Positions 36,650-48,917 of a stretch of 64,000 bases of DNA are shown piece by piece. The notes under the pieces were generated by a model. The model saw nothing but the letters and a program-made list of their open reading frames with translations, was not told where the DNA came from and made no database searches. Position numbers and translations under genes: made by a program. Each line of letters starts with the position of its first letter. The stretch's first letter is position 1. This DNA comes from Octopus bimaculoides (lineage: Eukaryota): positions 38,702,444 to 38,766,443 of the forward strand of contig NC_069000.1 in the NCBI RefSeq assembly GCF_001194135.2, in the 5' to 3' direction.

Positions 36650-37335
36650 TTGGGTTACAATGTTGGTCTCAAAATTTGATATGAAGTTAGAAATTTCGTA
36701 GGATGGGTAAATCGATAACATCGACTTCACTGCCCTATTGCTTCTTATTTTACCGAGTCCGGTTGAATGAAAAGTAATGTCAACCTCGATGGAATTTGAA
36801 CACAGGACACAGAGTTGACCGAAAAGCCGCTAAGTATTTTGCACGGCGCGCTAACGATTCTGCCACCTTGTGACAATAATGATACCGGTTACAAATTTTG
36901 GCATAGAGCTAGCAAGTTTGGGAAAGTGGAAAGTGGATTACGTCGACCCCACTACTCAACTGGTACATAGTTTATCGACTCTAAAAGATTGAAAGTTAAG
37001 GTCGACCAAAAGGGAATTAGAAAACGGAACGTAAATTTGAGCGAGATGCCGTTAAGCATTTTCCAAGGCCTGCTAACGCTTCTGCCAGCCCGCCCACCGT
37101 GCTGAGGTAGTAATAATATCTTTTCTATTATAAGTACAATGCCTGATATTTTGTGGAAGGAGAATAGTCTATTAACTGGACTAGAAAATGTAACTGGTAT
37201 TTGCTTCATTACACAGAAAAGATGAAAGGCAAAATAATCTACCTCATCGGAATTTGAACTCAGAACGTGAAGACGAACGGATTGCCGATAAGCATTTTAC
37301 ACGGTGCGCTAATGACTCTGCTAGATCATCGCCTT
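36650..37335 (-). mobile_element. Three head-to-tail degenerate SINE family A copies
   Basis: Units at about 36650-36870, 36885-37095, 37115-37335, each ending in gctaa.g..tctgc(c)a. Confidence 0.8.
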
Positions 37336-37726
37336 CTGAGATAGCATTAATATCAACAGCTAATATATCCACTTAACGTGGGTGTTGTGTTAGAATACAG
37401 TTCCTCTCGTGTGAAATAACGTAGTTATCTGTTTTCTACTACAACATTCACGCTAAGTGGAGATAGATATTACGTGTTGGTATTAAAAACTGTGTGTCGT
37501 AATATTATTTTTTGAATATGCTCGGAGGCTGTTTGCCACATCAGTGGCTGAAGAAACTAATTTTCTAGAAATTGTTGGCGGATGAAACGCCTGCTATATC
37601 TCTGCTGGACGACTGCCATTGTCACCGCATTTTATCGAACATATGTCGATATGAGAGACTCTCTCGTGGTAAATAAAGCAATATTTTTTATTCTAACTTA
37701 AAATCCACGTTAAGCGGAGAGAAATA

Positions 37727-37955
37727 TATGTAGTAAGAATCTTGCTTTTCAGTCACACGGTTCTGAGTTCAGTCCCACTGCGTGGCACTTTGAGCAAATG
37801 TCTTCTACTATAGCTTCGGGCCAATCAAAGCCTTGTGAGTGGATTTGGTAAACGGAAACTGAAAGAAGCTCGTCGTATACTCTCTTTTACTTGTTTCAGT
37901 CATTTGACTGCCACCATGCTGGAGCACCGCCTTTAGTCGAGCAAATCGACCCTTA
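37727..37955. mobile_element. SINE family B 5' half (+) abutting family B 3' half (-)
   Basis: gagttcagtcccactgcgtggcac...aagccttgtgagtggatttggtaaacggaaactgaaagaagc then ctcttttacttgtttcagtcatttgactgccaccatgctggagcaccgcc. Confidence 0.88.
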
Positions 37956-37984
37956 CATCAAGTACCTGGAGGAGGTGCTGGAAG

Positions 37985-38437
37985 ACCCTATGTCTTGCAA
38001 CAGGTCTCTGCACCACGCCACACAAGCAGGAGAATCCAGTCATGGCTGTCAGAGAAGTTCTGCGACCACATCATCCCAAACATCTGGCCACCTAACTCCT
38101 CAGGCTGGAAGCCGTTGAATATTATGTATGAGGGGAGAGACGCCGTTGAACGATAGTCCAACAAAACTCCTCGTAACAACAAAGATGAACTGAAGGCAAG
38201 GATTATGTCAGCATTCGCCAACTTAAACAAGGAGACCGTCCAGAATAGTTGCAGGAGATTTCGAAGTCGTTTGGAGACCGTTGTTGAAGCCAATGGTGAT
38301 TTTATTGAATAAATTTACTCTTTAGTATTTCAAGATATTTTCATGTAATTTTGATAAATATATCTGTGAAAATGAGATGTCAGTGTTATTTTCATTTTTG
38401 CGTAATTTAGGCGACAATTTATTCACCGCACCTTGTA
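37985..38437 (+). mobile_element. Tc1/mariner-superfamily transposon, 3' half with right TIR
   Basis: QQVSAPRHTSRRIQSWLSEKFCDHIIPNIWPPNSS...VER*SNKTPRNNKDELKARIMSAFANLNKETVQNSCRRFRSRLETVVEANGDFIE*; terminus ...gcgacaatttattcaccgcaccttg-TA. Confidence 0.9.
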
Positions 38438-40074
38438 CATATTGCTGAAATATTGCTACAGTTCTAATAGAACGTTCGTTATTATGAAATAAAAAAAAAC
38501 TATACAGCAGCATTTAGGACTTTTCATGTTCTGTGTATTACATGTTCTACGAGGACAATTTTCTGTGGCATTCATGCGTTGTATATGATACACATTTCCA
38601 ATTCTGTTTTCAATCATAACAGTTAATTGGAATAGTTGATAGGAAAGCTTTATATTACATAGAACGTATTGAACTGTGGCGAACTAAAAGACTGGAAAGA
38701 AACAGCGGTGTTTAGGACAAAGTTACGAAAAATTTGGTCGGATAAAGGGTTAATTAGCTTCGATGATGAATAAGGCCTCAGGGGGTCGTTTCGGAAAACT
38801 TTTAATCGTATTCTAATCCACATCTTCGACGGTAGATGCCAACGTTCTGAAATATACATAATGTATTTCATTAACTAGGTTTCTTTTGGACAGATAAACG
38901 AACAAATATAGCTATATTATATTGCTTTATTTCTCCTGAAACAGCATCATAATATATAAATTTTATATAGTTTCTTATGCAATCAAATCTGTTTGATTTG
39001 ACCAGCAACAAAACGTAGAGGAATGCGTGAGACTAGAACATTCGACCTGCATGAAGCCATATCACAGTGTGTATGATGAAATATCAGAATGCACGTTAGT
39101 GTTCTCAACTTGATTAATTATATAGAATAGCTGGAATGATGAATCAGTAAATCATAACTATCTAATGATCGATTATATTGCAGGGGTCTCTCGACTCGAA
39201 GAAAATAACAGCTACAACAGAACACAACAACTACGACTGCAGCAGACTTGACGGTAGATGACAATATAACTGCAAAACAGGAAACAATTCTGAATCTACC
39301 ATTGCCTAGTAAAAACACATAACATCTTTATATGAGCAAAGTAAGCTGCAATTATTATAAAGGAAATTAAACAAAGATTTCAATGGAAAAGATTACTACG
39401 TATTGAAGTCAAATCAGAAACAGCAGGATATTATATTTCTCAGACTTTCATATCATGCATTACAAGTAATTACACGCCAACTAAGCTTCACCGATTACAC
39501 AAATACACACACTCACACACAAACACGAGCGCACACGCACACATTCATGTTTGCTTTCACAATCATGCTCGCCCATACAACACGTAACGACCATGCGTAT
39601 ACATACAGAGAGACATGTTTTGTATTTTATATTCATATAGATTATTCTAATACTCAAATGTTACACACACGCACACGCACACGCACTCTCACACACGCAC
39701 CCACGTGTATATGTAATATACGTTTACACACACATATATATATATATACAGACACACAAACATACATACATACATATATACATACATACATAAATACACA
39801 AAAATACACAGAGAGACGCAAACACACACAAAGGCACACGCAGACACACACACACGCGTGCGCCCGCGAATATATATATATATGGTACAATGCAAAAGTC
39901 TTCAGCCACTTTAAATAATTGTAAAATTCCACGAATTGCCAACTTATAAGTGGATGTTTCGTTTTGCGATTTTTACAAATGAACCTATGGTCCCTGTTGT
40001 AGTCATTTCCATACCTAATCTTTATATTTTGTCGTAGGGGTTCAGAATTAGAGGAGAAAATGCGAAACGAACAC

Positions 40075-40745
40075 CAAAAATGGCTGTGCAAAAGTTTTCG
40101 GTCACCTCACATAATCCATTCAAGATAGAATGTTTTGAAACAGAAAAATGTCTATAATGTAAATCTACTACATAACGTTCATTTCAAGAACTTACTGTAC
40201 ATCGTTAATATTTCGTGAGGCTTTCCTTAGCTTGAATAATTGCTTCAATGCACTTGAGAAGAGAGGTGTACAAATCCTTCACCATCTTCACAGGTATGAA
40301 ATGCCATTCTCTGGCTGAACTCCCACAACTCTTCAAGATTGCGTGGATTCTTCTGACGAACTCTTCTCTTTAGTTCTGTCTGCATTTGCTCGATTATATT
40401 TAAGTCAGTGCTCTGATCTGTCGAATCTTTCAATACGGTAATACCTTCATCAACCAAACTCTGTTTTGTTCCACACAATCTATGGCATGGAGCTCCGTCA
40501 TATTGAAAAATCTCATCTAAGTCTAGATGTATTTGGCACTATTCAAGTTACTGTCAATCCTAACCACCTTTCTTGAACCATCCCCTTTTATGTATCCCTA
40601 AAGCATCAGACTCTTACCCCCCAAACGTCACTGTTTTCGTCGTGTAACGTGGGTCGTTTCGCTTTCTAATAAGCGAGAATTTCTCAGACGGTCTCCAATA
40701 GTTTAAAATGGCCGAAGACATTTGCACGGTACTGTACACACACAN
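40075..40745 (-). mobile_element. Tc1-like transposase relic
   Basis: FQYDGAPCH...QSTDLNIIEQMQTELKRRVRQKNPRNLEELWEFSQ (QDGAPCH and SPDLNPIE motifs). Confidence 0.88.
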
Positions 40746-41639
40746 NNNNNNNNNNNNNNNNNNNNNNNNNNNNNNNNNNNNNNNNNNNNNNNNNNNNNNN
40801 NNNNNNNNNNNNNNNNNNNNNNNNNNNNNNNNNNNNNNNNNNNNNNNNNNNNNNNNNNNNNNNNNNNNNNNNNNNNNNNNNNNNNNNNNNNNNNNNNNNN
40901 NNNNNNNNNNNNNNNNNNNNNNNNNNNNNNNNNNNNNNNNNNNNNNNNNNNNNNNNNNNNNNNNNNNNNNNNNNNNNNNNNNNNNNNNNNNNNNNNNNNN
41001 NNNNNNNNNNNNNNNNNNNNNNNNNNNNNNNNNNNNNNNNNNNNNNNNNNNNNNNNNNNNNNNNNNNNNNNNNNNNNNNNNNNNNNNNNNNNNNNNNNNN
41101 NNNNNNNNNNNNNNNNNNNNNNNNNNNNNNNNNNNNNNNNNNNNNNNNNNNNNNNNNNNNNNNNNNNNNNNNNNNNNNNNNNNNNNNNNNNNNNNNNNNN
41201 NNNNNNNNNNNNNNNNNNNNNNNNNNNNNNNNNNNNNNNNNNNNNNNNNNNNNNNNNNNNNNNNNNNNNNNNNNNNNNNNNNNNNNNNNNNNNNNNNNNN
41301 NNNNNNNNNNNNNNNNNNNNNNNNNNNNNNNNNNNNNNNNNNNNNNNNNNNNNNNNNNNNNNNNNNNNNNNNNNNNNNNNNNNNNNNNNNNNNNNNNNNN
41401 NNNNNNNNNNNNNNNNNNNNNNNNNNNNNNNNNNNNNNNNNNNNNNNNNNNNNNNNNNNNNNNNNNNNNNNNNNNNNNNNNNNNNNNNNNNNNNNNNNNN
41501 NNNNNNNNNNNNNNNNNNNNNNNNNNNNNNNNNNNNNNNNNNNNNNNNNNNNNNNNNNNNNNTGTGTGTGTGTGTGTGTGTGTATGTATGTGTGTGTGTG
41601 TGTGCGTGTGTGTGACAGAGAGAAAGAGAGAGGGTGTGT

Positions 41640-41835
41640 GTTTGTGTCAGTGTTTATCTTCCATCACCGCTTGACAACCGGTGTTGGTATTTTTATGTCT
41701 CCGTAACTTAGTGGTTCGGCAAAAGTACCTGACAGAATAGGTACCAGTACTGGTTTGATTCCTGCGACTAAAAATTCTTCCATGCGGTGCTCCAGCATGG
41801 CCGCAGTCCTACCACTGAAACAAGTAAGAGATAAA
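41640..41835 (+). mobile_element. SINE family B, 3' part
   Basis: cgcttgacaaccggtgttggt...ccgtaacttagtggttcggcaaaag...gcggtgctccagcatggccgcagtc...ctgaaacaagtaagag. Confidence 0.88.
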
Positions 41836-42915
41836 GGCGGATACCCTACAAAACAGACGTTAGCTGATTTATGAAATCATCCGTAAAATTTAAATTTTTT
41901 ATCAGAAGCACTAAAATTTAAAACACAAGAATTGAGAATATCCTGAAAGGAAAATGATAACATTATTAATATGTTATGCAAAACAGAAACATTTACAAAA
42001 ATAAAATATCACTCATCATCTCTTCATTTCAAAAGAAGCTAGGTTATGTAGACTATTTCAAAATTCGAGATGAACACGATCTAAACTAATGAAAAGTAAG
42101 ATTAATTCAGACGGTAGAGATGTAACTCGCGGCTACATTAGATTTTCGAGAAGAGAATTACATAATTCATTAAAAATTTTAGTAGAAATATATAGCTTGA
42201 GGCGAATTACAGGGCAATAATACAGCGAAAATACCTGCTAGACAAATAATGTATTGGAAAAACAGAAGGGAAATTATATGAAACAAATGAAATTATCTAC
42301 AGAAATAATTAGTAAATTTCAAAGAATTATACCATATTAAGGCTGTAGGAATAAAAGAAGCCATAGTAGGTATATGCAACAGGATGCTCTATGGAATAAA
42401 AGACAAACCGACTTCTTTTCGTATAGCATCTATATAGTAAACACAGGCACGGCTACACATTTTCTCTCAAACATATAACACTGCACCAAACGCACACATA
42501 TCGTTTGGTCGTTCTTTGAATATTTATTGTTCTCAAATACTGAAATGGCTTCAAAAAAAAAATTGATAGTGAAATCACATACTTTTCAAAATGGTAAAAA
42601 CAGAAGAAAAAAAAGAAAAGAAAGAACATTGGTTTTAACATGAACATATATTTTTCAATGTAGACATAGAATATCGTCTGCTTGGTAAACCGAAGGCGTA
42701 TAAAACCATAATTAACTGATCCTACTGTGTTTTGTTCCCAAAGCCAACAGTTTTCCATCATCCTCGAATACATACATACATATATATATATATATACATA
42801 TATAAGTTTGGTTGACGAGTTAAGAAATAATTGAGACTCAGTTGAATTAGGTACTTAAGTTGAAGGACCACGTCAGTCCGGTATTATCCGCACAGCTGGA
42901 AGGAAGGTGAATAAA

Positions 42916-43178
42916 ATCGGAATAAGCAACAGGATATCAAGAAGTGACGCAGTACGACCGTTTCAACCGGATACGTTTATTTGAACAATGCAATCATGCT
43001 CTGTATTTGAGTAAAATTATATTAATCTGTCCGACTGATTCAAACTCTATTTATTTATTCATTTATTTATTTATGCAGCTGATTTAAATTGATGTAGTGA
43101 TTGCATTGTTCAATTAAATGGAGCCGCTTGAAACGGTCGCACTGCATCACTTCTTGATATCTTGTCGCTTATTTTGAT
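42916..43178. mobile_element. MITE-like element with about 80-bp inverted arms
   Basis: atcggaataagcaacaggatatcaagaagtgacgcagtacgaccgtttcaa...gaacaatgcaatca is the reverse complement of tgattgcattgttc...ttgaaacggtcgcactgcatcacttcttgatatcttgtcgcttattttgat. Confidence 0.85.
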
Positions 43179-43890
43179 NNNNNNNNNNNNNNNNNNNNNN
43201 NNNNNNNNNNNNNNNNNNNNNNNNNNNNNNNNNNNNNNNNNNNNNNNNNNNNNNNNNNNNNNNNNNNNNNNNNNNNNNNNNNNNNNNNNNNNNNNNNNNN
43301 NNNNNNNNNNNNNNNNNNNNNNNNNNNNNNNNNNNNNNNNNNNNNNNNNNNNNNNNNNNNNNNNNNNNNNNNNNNNNNNNNNNNNNNNNNNNNNNNNNNN
43401 NNNNNNNNNNNNNNNNNNNNNNNNNNNNNNNNNNNNNNNNNNNNNNNNNNNNNNNNNNNNNNNNNNNNNNNNNNNNNNNNNNNNNNNNNNNNNNNNNNNN
43501 NNNNNNNNNNNNNNNNNNNNNNNNNNNNNNNNNNNNNNNNNNNNNNNNNNNNNNNNNNNNNNNNNNNNNNNNNNNNNNNNNNNNNNNNNNNNNNNNNNNN
43601 NNNNNNNNNNNNNNNNNNNNNNNNNNNNNNNNNNNNNNNNNNNNNNNNNNNNNNNNNNNNNNNNNNNNNNNNNNNNNNNNNNNNNNNNNNNNNNNNNNNN
43701 NNNNNNNNNNNNNNNNNNNNNNNNNNNNNNNNNNNNNNNNNNNNNNNNNNNNNNNNNNNNNNNNNNNNNNNNNNNNNNNNNNNNNNNNNNNNNNNNNNNN
43801 NNNNNNNNNNNNNNNNNNNNNNNNNNNNNNNNNNNNNNNNNNNNNNNNNNNNNNNNNNNNNNNNNNNNTATATATATATATATATATATC

Positions 43891-44115
43891 GAGAATGCGG
43901 TGAATAAACTGTTGTCTAAATTACAGAAAAATAAAAAAGAACGTTGACATCCATCTCATTTTAAGAGTTATTTACAAAAATTACATGGAGATATCTTGAA
44001 ATACTAAAGACTAAATTTATTCACTAAAATCGTCATTGTCTTCAACCACAGCCTCCAGATAACTTCGGAATCTCCTGCAACTTTCCTGGACGGTCTCCGT
44101 GTTTAAGTTTGTGAA
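43891..44115 (-). mobile_element. Right end of the same Tc1/mariner family as 37985-38437
   Basis: gcggtgaataaactgttgtctaaattac...tttattcactaaaatc..cattg.cttcaaccacagcctccag...ggacggtctcc.tgtttaagtt is the reverse complement of 38200-38430. Confidence 0.85.
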
Positions 44116-44884
44116 ACTTAAGCACCAGAAAAAAAATGTTTAATCAATGCGTAATGAATGCGCTGCTTCGTGGTATCGAACCCGGAAATAGGTGGTCATG
44201 ATCTATGCTTTTTGACCACACAACCATATTTGTGTCAAGTTCATGGTATTACAAGGATGTATCGTTCGATTTGCTTTCAAGAAATACATTTTGAATTCGT
44301 TTTAATCGCCAGCATTTGCGTCAAGCGATTTGATGTTGCAATTTTAAACTTATTTCCACAAGATTAGATTCTCCAAATATGTTCCTGATTTGATAATTTT
44401 GGAGAATGTTAGCTGTTCGCTAAAAGCAGAAGAGTTTTCAAACTGTAATTCTCTTCACATACATAATAATTAGATGAATGCACGTGACGGCACATTTGCA
44501 TATTTATTAAATTATCTATCTTGCCACCGGTACTGAGGAATTTCAACCATGTTTCGTGGTCTGCTACCACAACAGCTCCTTTATAGGATTCAGTTAGCTC
44601 AAGACATCATCAGGAGGAACCACGTCCGGTTTCGGCCTCTACTCCCCTACCGTTTTGACGTGGCGGGGCCACCCGCTTTCGGAGGTGTCTTCAGCTCTGG
44701 TGTTGGGTGCATGTCTTCTTTCACTGTTTGTGACTGTTCTAATTCAACTGTGGGATGTCCCTCGCTATGGTTATTTTCCAGGAGGTTCTGGCCACACGTC
44801 TTACGGTTCATCAACCCGCGTTGTTGAATTACTTTTTTCCGACATACCTTCCAGTCAAATACAGGTATGTAAAAATCCACACAA

Positions 44885-44990
44885 GCAATGTCAATCTCGA
44901 CGGAATTTGAACTCAGAACGTGAAGACAGATGAAAAGCCGCTAAGCATTTCACCTGGCATGCTAACGATTCTGCCAGGATGCGACCTTAA
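44885..44990 (-). mobile_element. SINE family A, 5' half
   Basis: cggaatttgaactcagaacgtgaagacagatgaaaagccgctaagcattt...gctaacgattctgccag. Confidence 0.88.
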
Positions 44991-45714
44991 GTTCTCTATT
45001 TATTCGATTCAATGATTTTTTTTTTTTCACACAGACTCTGACCTCTGATATTATGCAATACAATAATAGAAATATAACATGATCTTAAAACATTTTCTCT
45101 GATTTCTGGAAGACACTTGGAGCTAAGTTCGGTGAGATCGAAAACACAATGTATTTAAAGGCAAGCTTTGTTCGAGGGAGAATACTGTATGGAACAGCTT
45201 TCACGATCTCGTGTGCAGTTATACATAAATGCTCTATACAATCTGCGATAAATTATGAAGAAGGAGAGATCGGTAACAGCGAGGGTACCTTTTCACCACA
45301 GTTACCTATGCTCAAATTGAAGCAATGAATGCAACACCAACAACAGTAACCTAACTTTTATAACTTCGAGATATTCGAGAATTCTGTTTTGTTTCGTTAT
45401 TTTATCTCATATTTAAGCATAAAATTCTTTAGCTTAGCATAAACAAAATTTTGGGATTGACTTTTATACATTATTGAACATTTGATGTAATTCAGACTTG
45501 TGAATATATCGAATGAAAATTGAACATCTTCCTTCACTTATATATATAATCAAACATATAATAACTGGTTTCTACTGGAAAAGCAAATGATAGGGTATCA
45601 TTTCGAAAGGGGAAAACGTTAACTTAAAAAGTCGATTCCTCCTTACGAACAAATTATTTAAGTAAATTTCTGAAAATTATATATCAATGAAATGTCAATA
45701 TTTATACTTTCGTT

Positions 45715-46112
45715 AAGGCGGCGAGCTGGCAGAAACGTTTGCACGCTGGACAAAAGGCTTAGCGGTATTTCGACCGTCTTCACGTTCGGAGTTCAAATTC
45801 CGCCGAGGTCGACTTTGTCTTTTATCCTTTCGGGGTCGATAAATTAAGTACCAATTGAAGACTGGGGTCAATGCTATCGTCTTACACTCTCTCCTGAAAT
45901 TGTTGATGTGTTTCTTAAGGCGGTGAGCTGTTAGAATCATCAACATGCCGGGCAAGATGCTTAGCGGTATTTCGCCTGTCTTTACGTTCTGAGTTCAAGT
46001 TCTGCCGAGGTCAACTTTGCCTTTCGAGGTCGATAAAACAAGTACCAGTTCAGCACTGGAGTCAATGTAATTGACTTAGCCTCGCCTGCGAAATTAACTG
46101 ACCCTGTACCCA
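45715..46112 (+). mobile_element. Two head-to-tail SINE family A copies
   Basis: aaggcggcgagctggcagaaacg (45715) and aaggcggtgagctgttagaatc (45917), each with gagttcaa.ttc.gccgaggtc.actttg. Confidence 0.92.
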
Positions 46113-46289
46113 AATATTTGTGTGCATTGTGGCCAGGAAGAATTTACACCGAACTGTTGCACTGAATTCATAATAAGTGGTAAAGATTTTAGAAAAGCTC
46201 AAAAAACTAAAAAGATTACTAATTGCATGAATTAACTCCACACAGGAGTATTTCAGATATCATCAGTTCGAAACCGACAACGAAAGGAG

Positions 46290-46470
46290 GAAACGTACAG
46301 TTGATCTCACTCGAATTTGAACTATGTGCGCAAAGAGCCGGAAGAAATACGAGTAAGCATATCGTCCGCTGAACCAACAATTCTGTAGGTTCACAACCTC
46401 AGAAATAATATGACGTAATAATGCTAAGCATTTCGTCCAGCGAGCTAACGATTCTGCCTGCTCGGCGCCT
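46290..46470 (-). mobile_element. Two partial degenerate SINE family A heads
   Basis: cgaatttgaactatgtgcg...taagcatatcgtccg and gctaagcatttcgtccagcgagctaacgattctgcc. Confidence 0.7.
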
Positions 46471-47053
46471 CTGTTGCTGAAATAATGTTGACACACGCAT
46501 TCTGCTCTGCATGTGAATGCGACAATAAAGTTAAGCTAACTTTACGAAGATAAATCCATGTGGTGAAATTCTTCAATTTCATCTCTCTAAATTTAACAAG
46601 AGTTCATTTACTGTCGCTACTACGTTCAGTATCTTCCTAGGGAAATATCAGATTTGACAAACGAACCTCGTTTGCCAAACGAAAATTATCATCGCAAAAA
46701 GAATTGCGCTGTGGTTCTCTGTATTATAACAATGGAAATAATGTGCGATCGTTTTACAGTTCAGATTTCGATTATGGATTGCAGAGAGGCTGTATGCAGA
46801 CGTAAAGCTACCATAATCCTGAGCGGATACTCTAGCTCTCTTTAATCTCAACAGTTGGAGATGCTTATCCGAAACAGCAAACTGAAGCTTTCTCGAAAAG
46901 ATGATTATTGTTCTTATATTATTTATATTTTATCCTTTCCACAGTTGCATATTATATTCATATTTTTTCAATGCGTCAGGCAAACGATAGAACACACAAA
47001 AACACACCTACATACACGAACGCATTAACATAAAAGCGCAGTTCATCTTCCTT

Positions 47054-47084
<31 letters not shown>

Positions 47085-47374
47085 GCATAACAAATAAAAA
47101 ATGAGATAGCGGGAGACAAAACGTGGATTATTAAAATGATATATACAAGCTTCTAACCAAAGTAAACAAAATCATGAATACGAAGGCTTCAAGAAATGAA
47201 CGTACACACATACACATTCCGGTTGGATTCGTTATTTTTTCTGTTTGCTTGCATGAGTTGGGAGTATTGCTGTCTGGGAGATATATTATGGTAGTGGAAT
47301 AGTATCTAACTGCTATTTCTAAATTTTGATATGTGGCAACATTTTGAATACAGTAAAAATGTACAAATTAATGA

Positions 47375-47580
47375 CAATTTGGCAAATGTATAAACTGCTC
47401 TTCGAATATTCTGCACATTGCCAGTTATTGTTGCAACGGTTGAAATGTCATTCAGCAAATTATAACTTTCCAGGAAGTTCTTAAGGGAGTACAATGCTAC
47501 ACGAAGACAGAATTAACGAATTAACCCCTAGTATTCACTGTGAGCCTGCAAGATGGATTTATTTCAGTGAAATAATATTA
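47375..47580 (+). mobile_element. hAT transposase C-terminal dimerisation-domain relic
   Basis: LANV*TALRIFCTLPVIVATVEMSFSKL...FLRSTML..RINEL..SIHCEPAR matches the ALRIFLTLPVTVAS.ERSFSKLKLIK..LRSTM..RL..L..SIE pattern. Confidence 0.8.
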
Positions 47581-47797
47581 TAAAAACACAAAAATGCCCC
47601 AAATATCTGCATTTAAATACGCCCGCTGTCTTCAATTATGGGAATTCTTTATTCTTCTTAATGGAAATTCTTAATTATTGCCATAGAAATACGGCAAAAA
47701 TAATGGTTAACATCTTTATTACTATATTTCATTGGCAATAAAACGCTTTTGTTTCAAGTAATTACATGAAGTTTAGAAGTTATCAAAATAACTTTAT

Positions 47798-47943
47798 CTG
47801 TGCGGTAAGCAATTTGTTTCCCATGTATATGGCTTGGTTCTGGTTTCAGCCCAACCAACCAGTTGGCACTCTGAGCAGCTACCTTCTACTGTAGCCCTGC
47901 CGAGCCAACCACACAGACGGAAACTGAAAAAAGTTCGTCGTAC
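47798..47943 (+). mobile_element. SINE family B, degenerate 5' part
   Basis: ctgtgcggtaagcaatttgtttccc...ttctactgtagccc...cagacggaaactgaaaaaagttcgtcgta. Confidence 0.7.
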
Positions 47944-47947
47944 GCCG

Positions 47948-48230
47948 CTTGGCTGACCGGTTCGCAGAGCACCTCCGTGACATCAGACTCGGCCATTTCC
48001 GCTCTATCGGTCATTCGCTACAACATCTGTCTGCGTTCAGACTGTCTCTGCACAGGGACCACCCGAACTCCCACCTTAGCCGTGAACAAGAATTAATCTT
48101 CTCTCCTAATTCCTTTGCACCACATCGGCTCAACTTACCCCCTCTCGTCATCGGACACCGATTCCACACTCACCTCCTCATTTCATTTCACACCACAGAT
48201 TCCTACTCACCTTCTACATCCTCACCCTCA
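47948..48230 (+). mobile_element. Penelope-like element, GIY-YIG endonuclease C-terminal fragment
   Basis: LADRFAEHLRDIRLGHFRSIGHSLQHL...SREQELIFSPNSFAPHRLN matches R.EHLR.I...HF...GH....L...RE..LI..L.T..P.GLN. Confidence 0.82.
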
Positions 48231-48234
48231 CACA

Positions 48235-48722
48235 TGGTTCCGGCAAGATGGAGCAACTGCTTATATCACAAGAGAAACAATGTAATTGCTACGGCAATAC
48301 TTTGGAGAGAGAATAATTTCCCGCTACGGCAATGTTGACTGGCCTTCACATTCCCCAGACTTGACTGGCCCGGATCTTTTTCTTTTAGGGATACCTGAAA
48401 GAGAGGGTTTATGTCAACAAATCGGAGACCCTGGTGCAACTGAAGGAGAGCATCAATAGAGAAATCAGAGAAGTGAGGTGTGAACCTCTTGAGGGTGTTA
48501 TAGTGCAAGTTTTGAAAGAGCCGAAAATGTTGGGATCCGAAAATGGCTGCCATTTTAGCGATGTCATTTTTCATATGTGATGAAGCGGTGTTGCAAAATT
48601 TGATTTGTGCCTATTAATTTCCATTCTGCCCTTTATATTGTATCAAAATTTCATGCGTTTATTTGTAAAGTTAAGGAAGTTATTAAAAATCGAAACCCCT
48701 CAGGGACTTTTCGGACACCCTG
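48235..48722 (+). mobile_element. Tc1/mariner-superfamily (IS630-like, non-mariner subgroup) transposon 3' half with right TIR
   Basis: WFRQDGATAY..ETM*LLRQYFGERIISRYGNVDWPSHSPDLTGPDLFL/YLKERVYVNKSETLVQLKESI...NGCHFSDVIFHM*; ends gggacttttcggacaccctg-TA. Confidence 0.9.
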
Positions 48723-48876
48723 TAGTTGCATATCTAGACATGGTCATATATATTTAAATGATAGACATCTGGAAAGTTTTACTGATTTTTTACAGTTCCA
48801 GTGATGGATTGGCTCTGTAGAGTTCGAGTTAGCTTTCTCCTTTCTGTTTTTGAAAAGTCAAATTTCTTAAAATTGG

Positions 48877-48880
<4 letters not shown>
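48723..48880 (-). mobile_element. 3' end of RLE-type LINE, second copy of 24381-24540
   Basis: tagttgcatatctagaca.g.tcatata.atttaaatgat...ttttacagttccagtg.tggattgg.tctgtag shared with 24381 onward. Confidence 0.85.
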
Positions 48881-48917
<37 letters not shown>

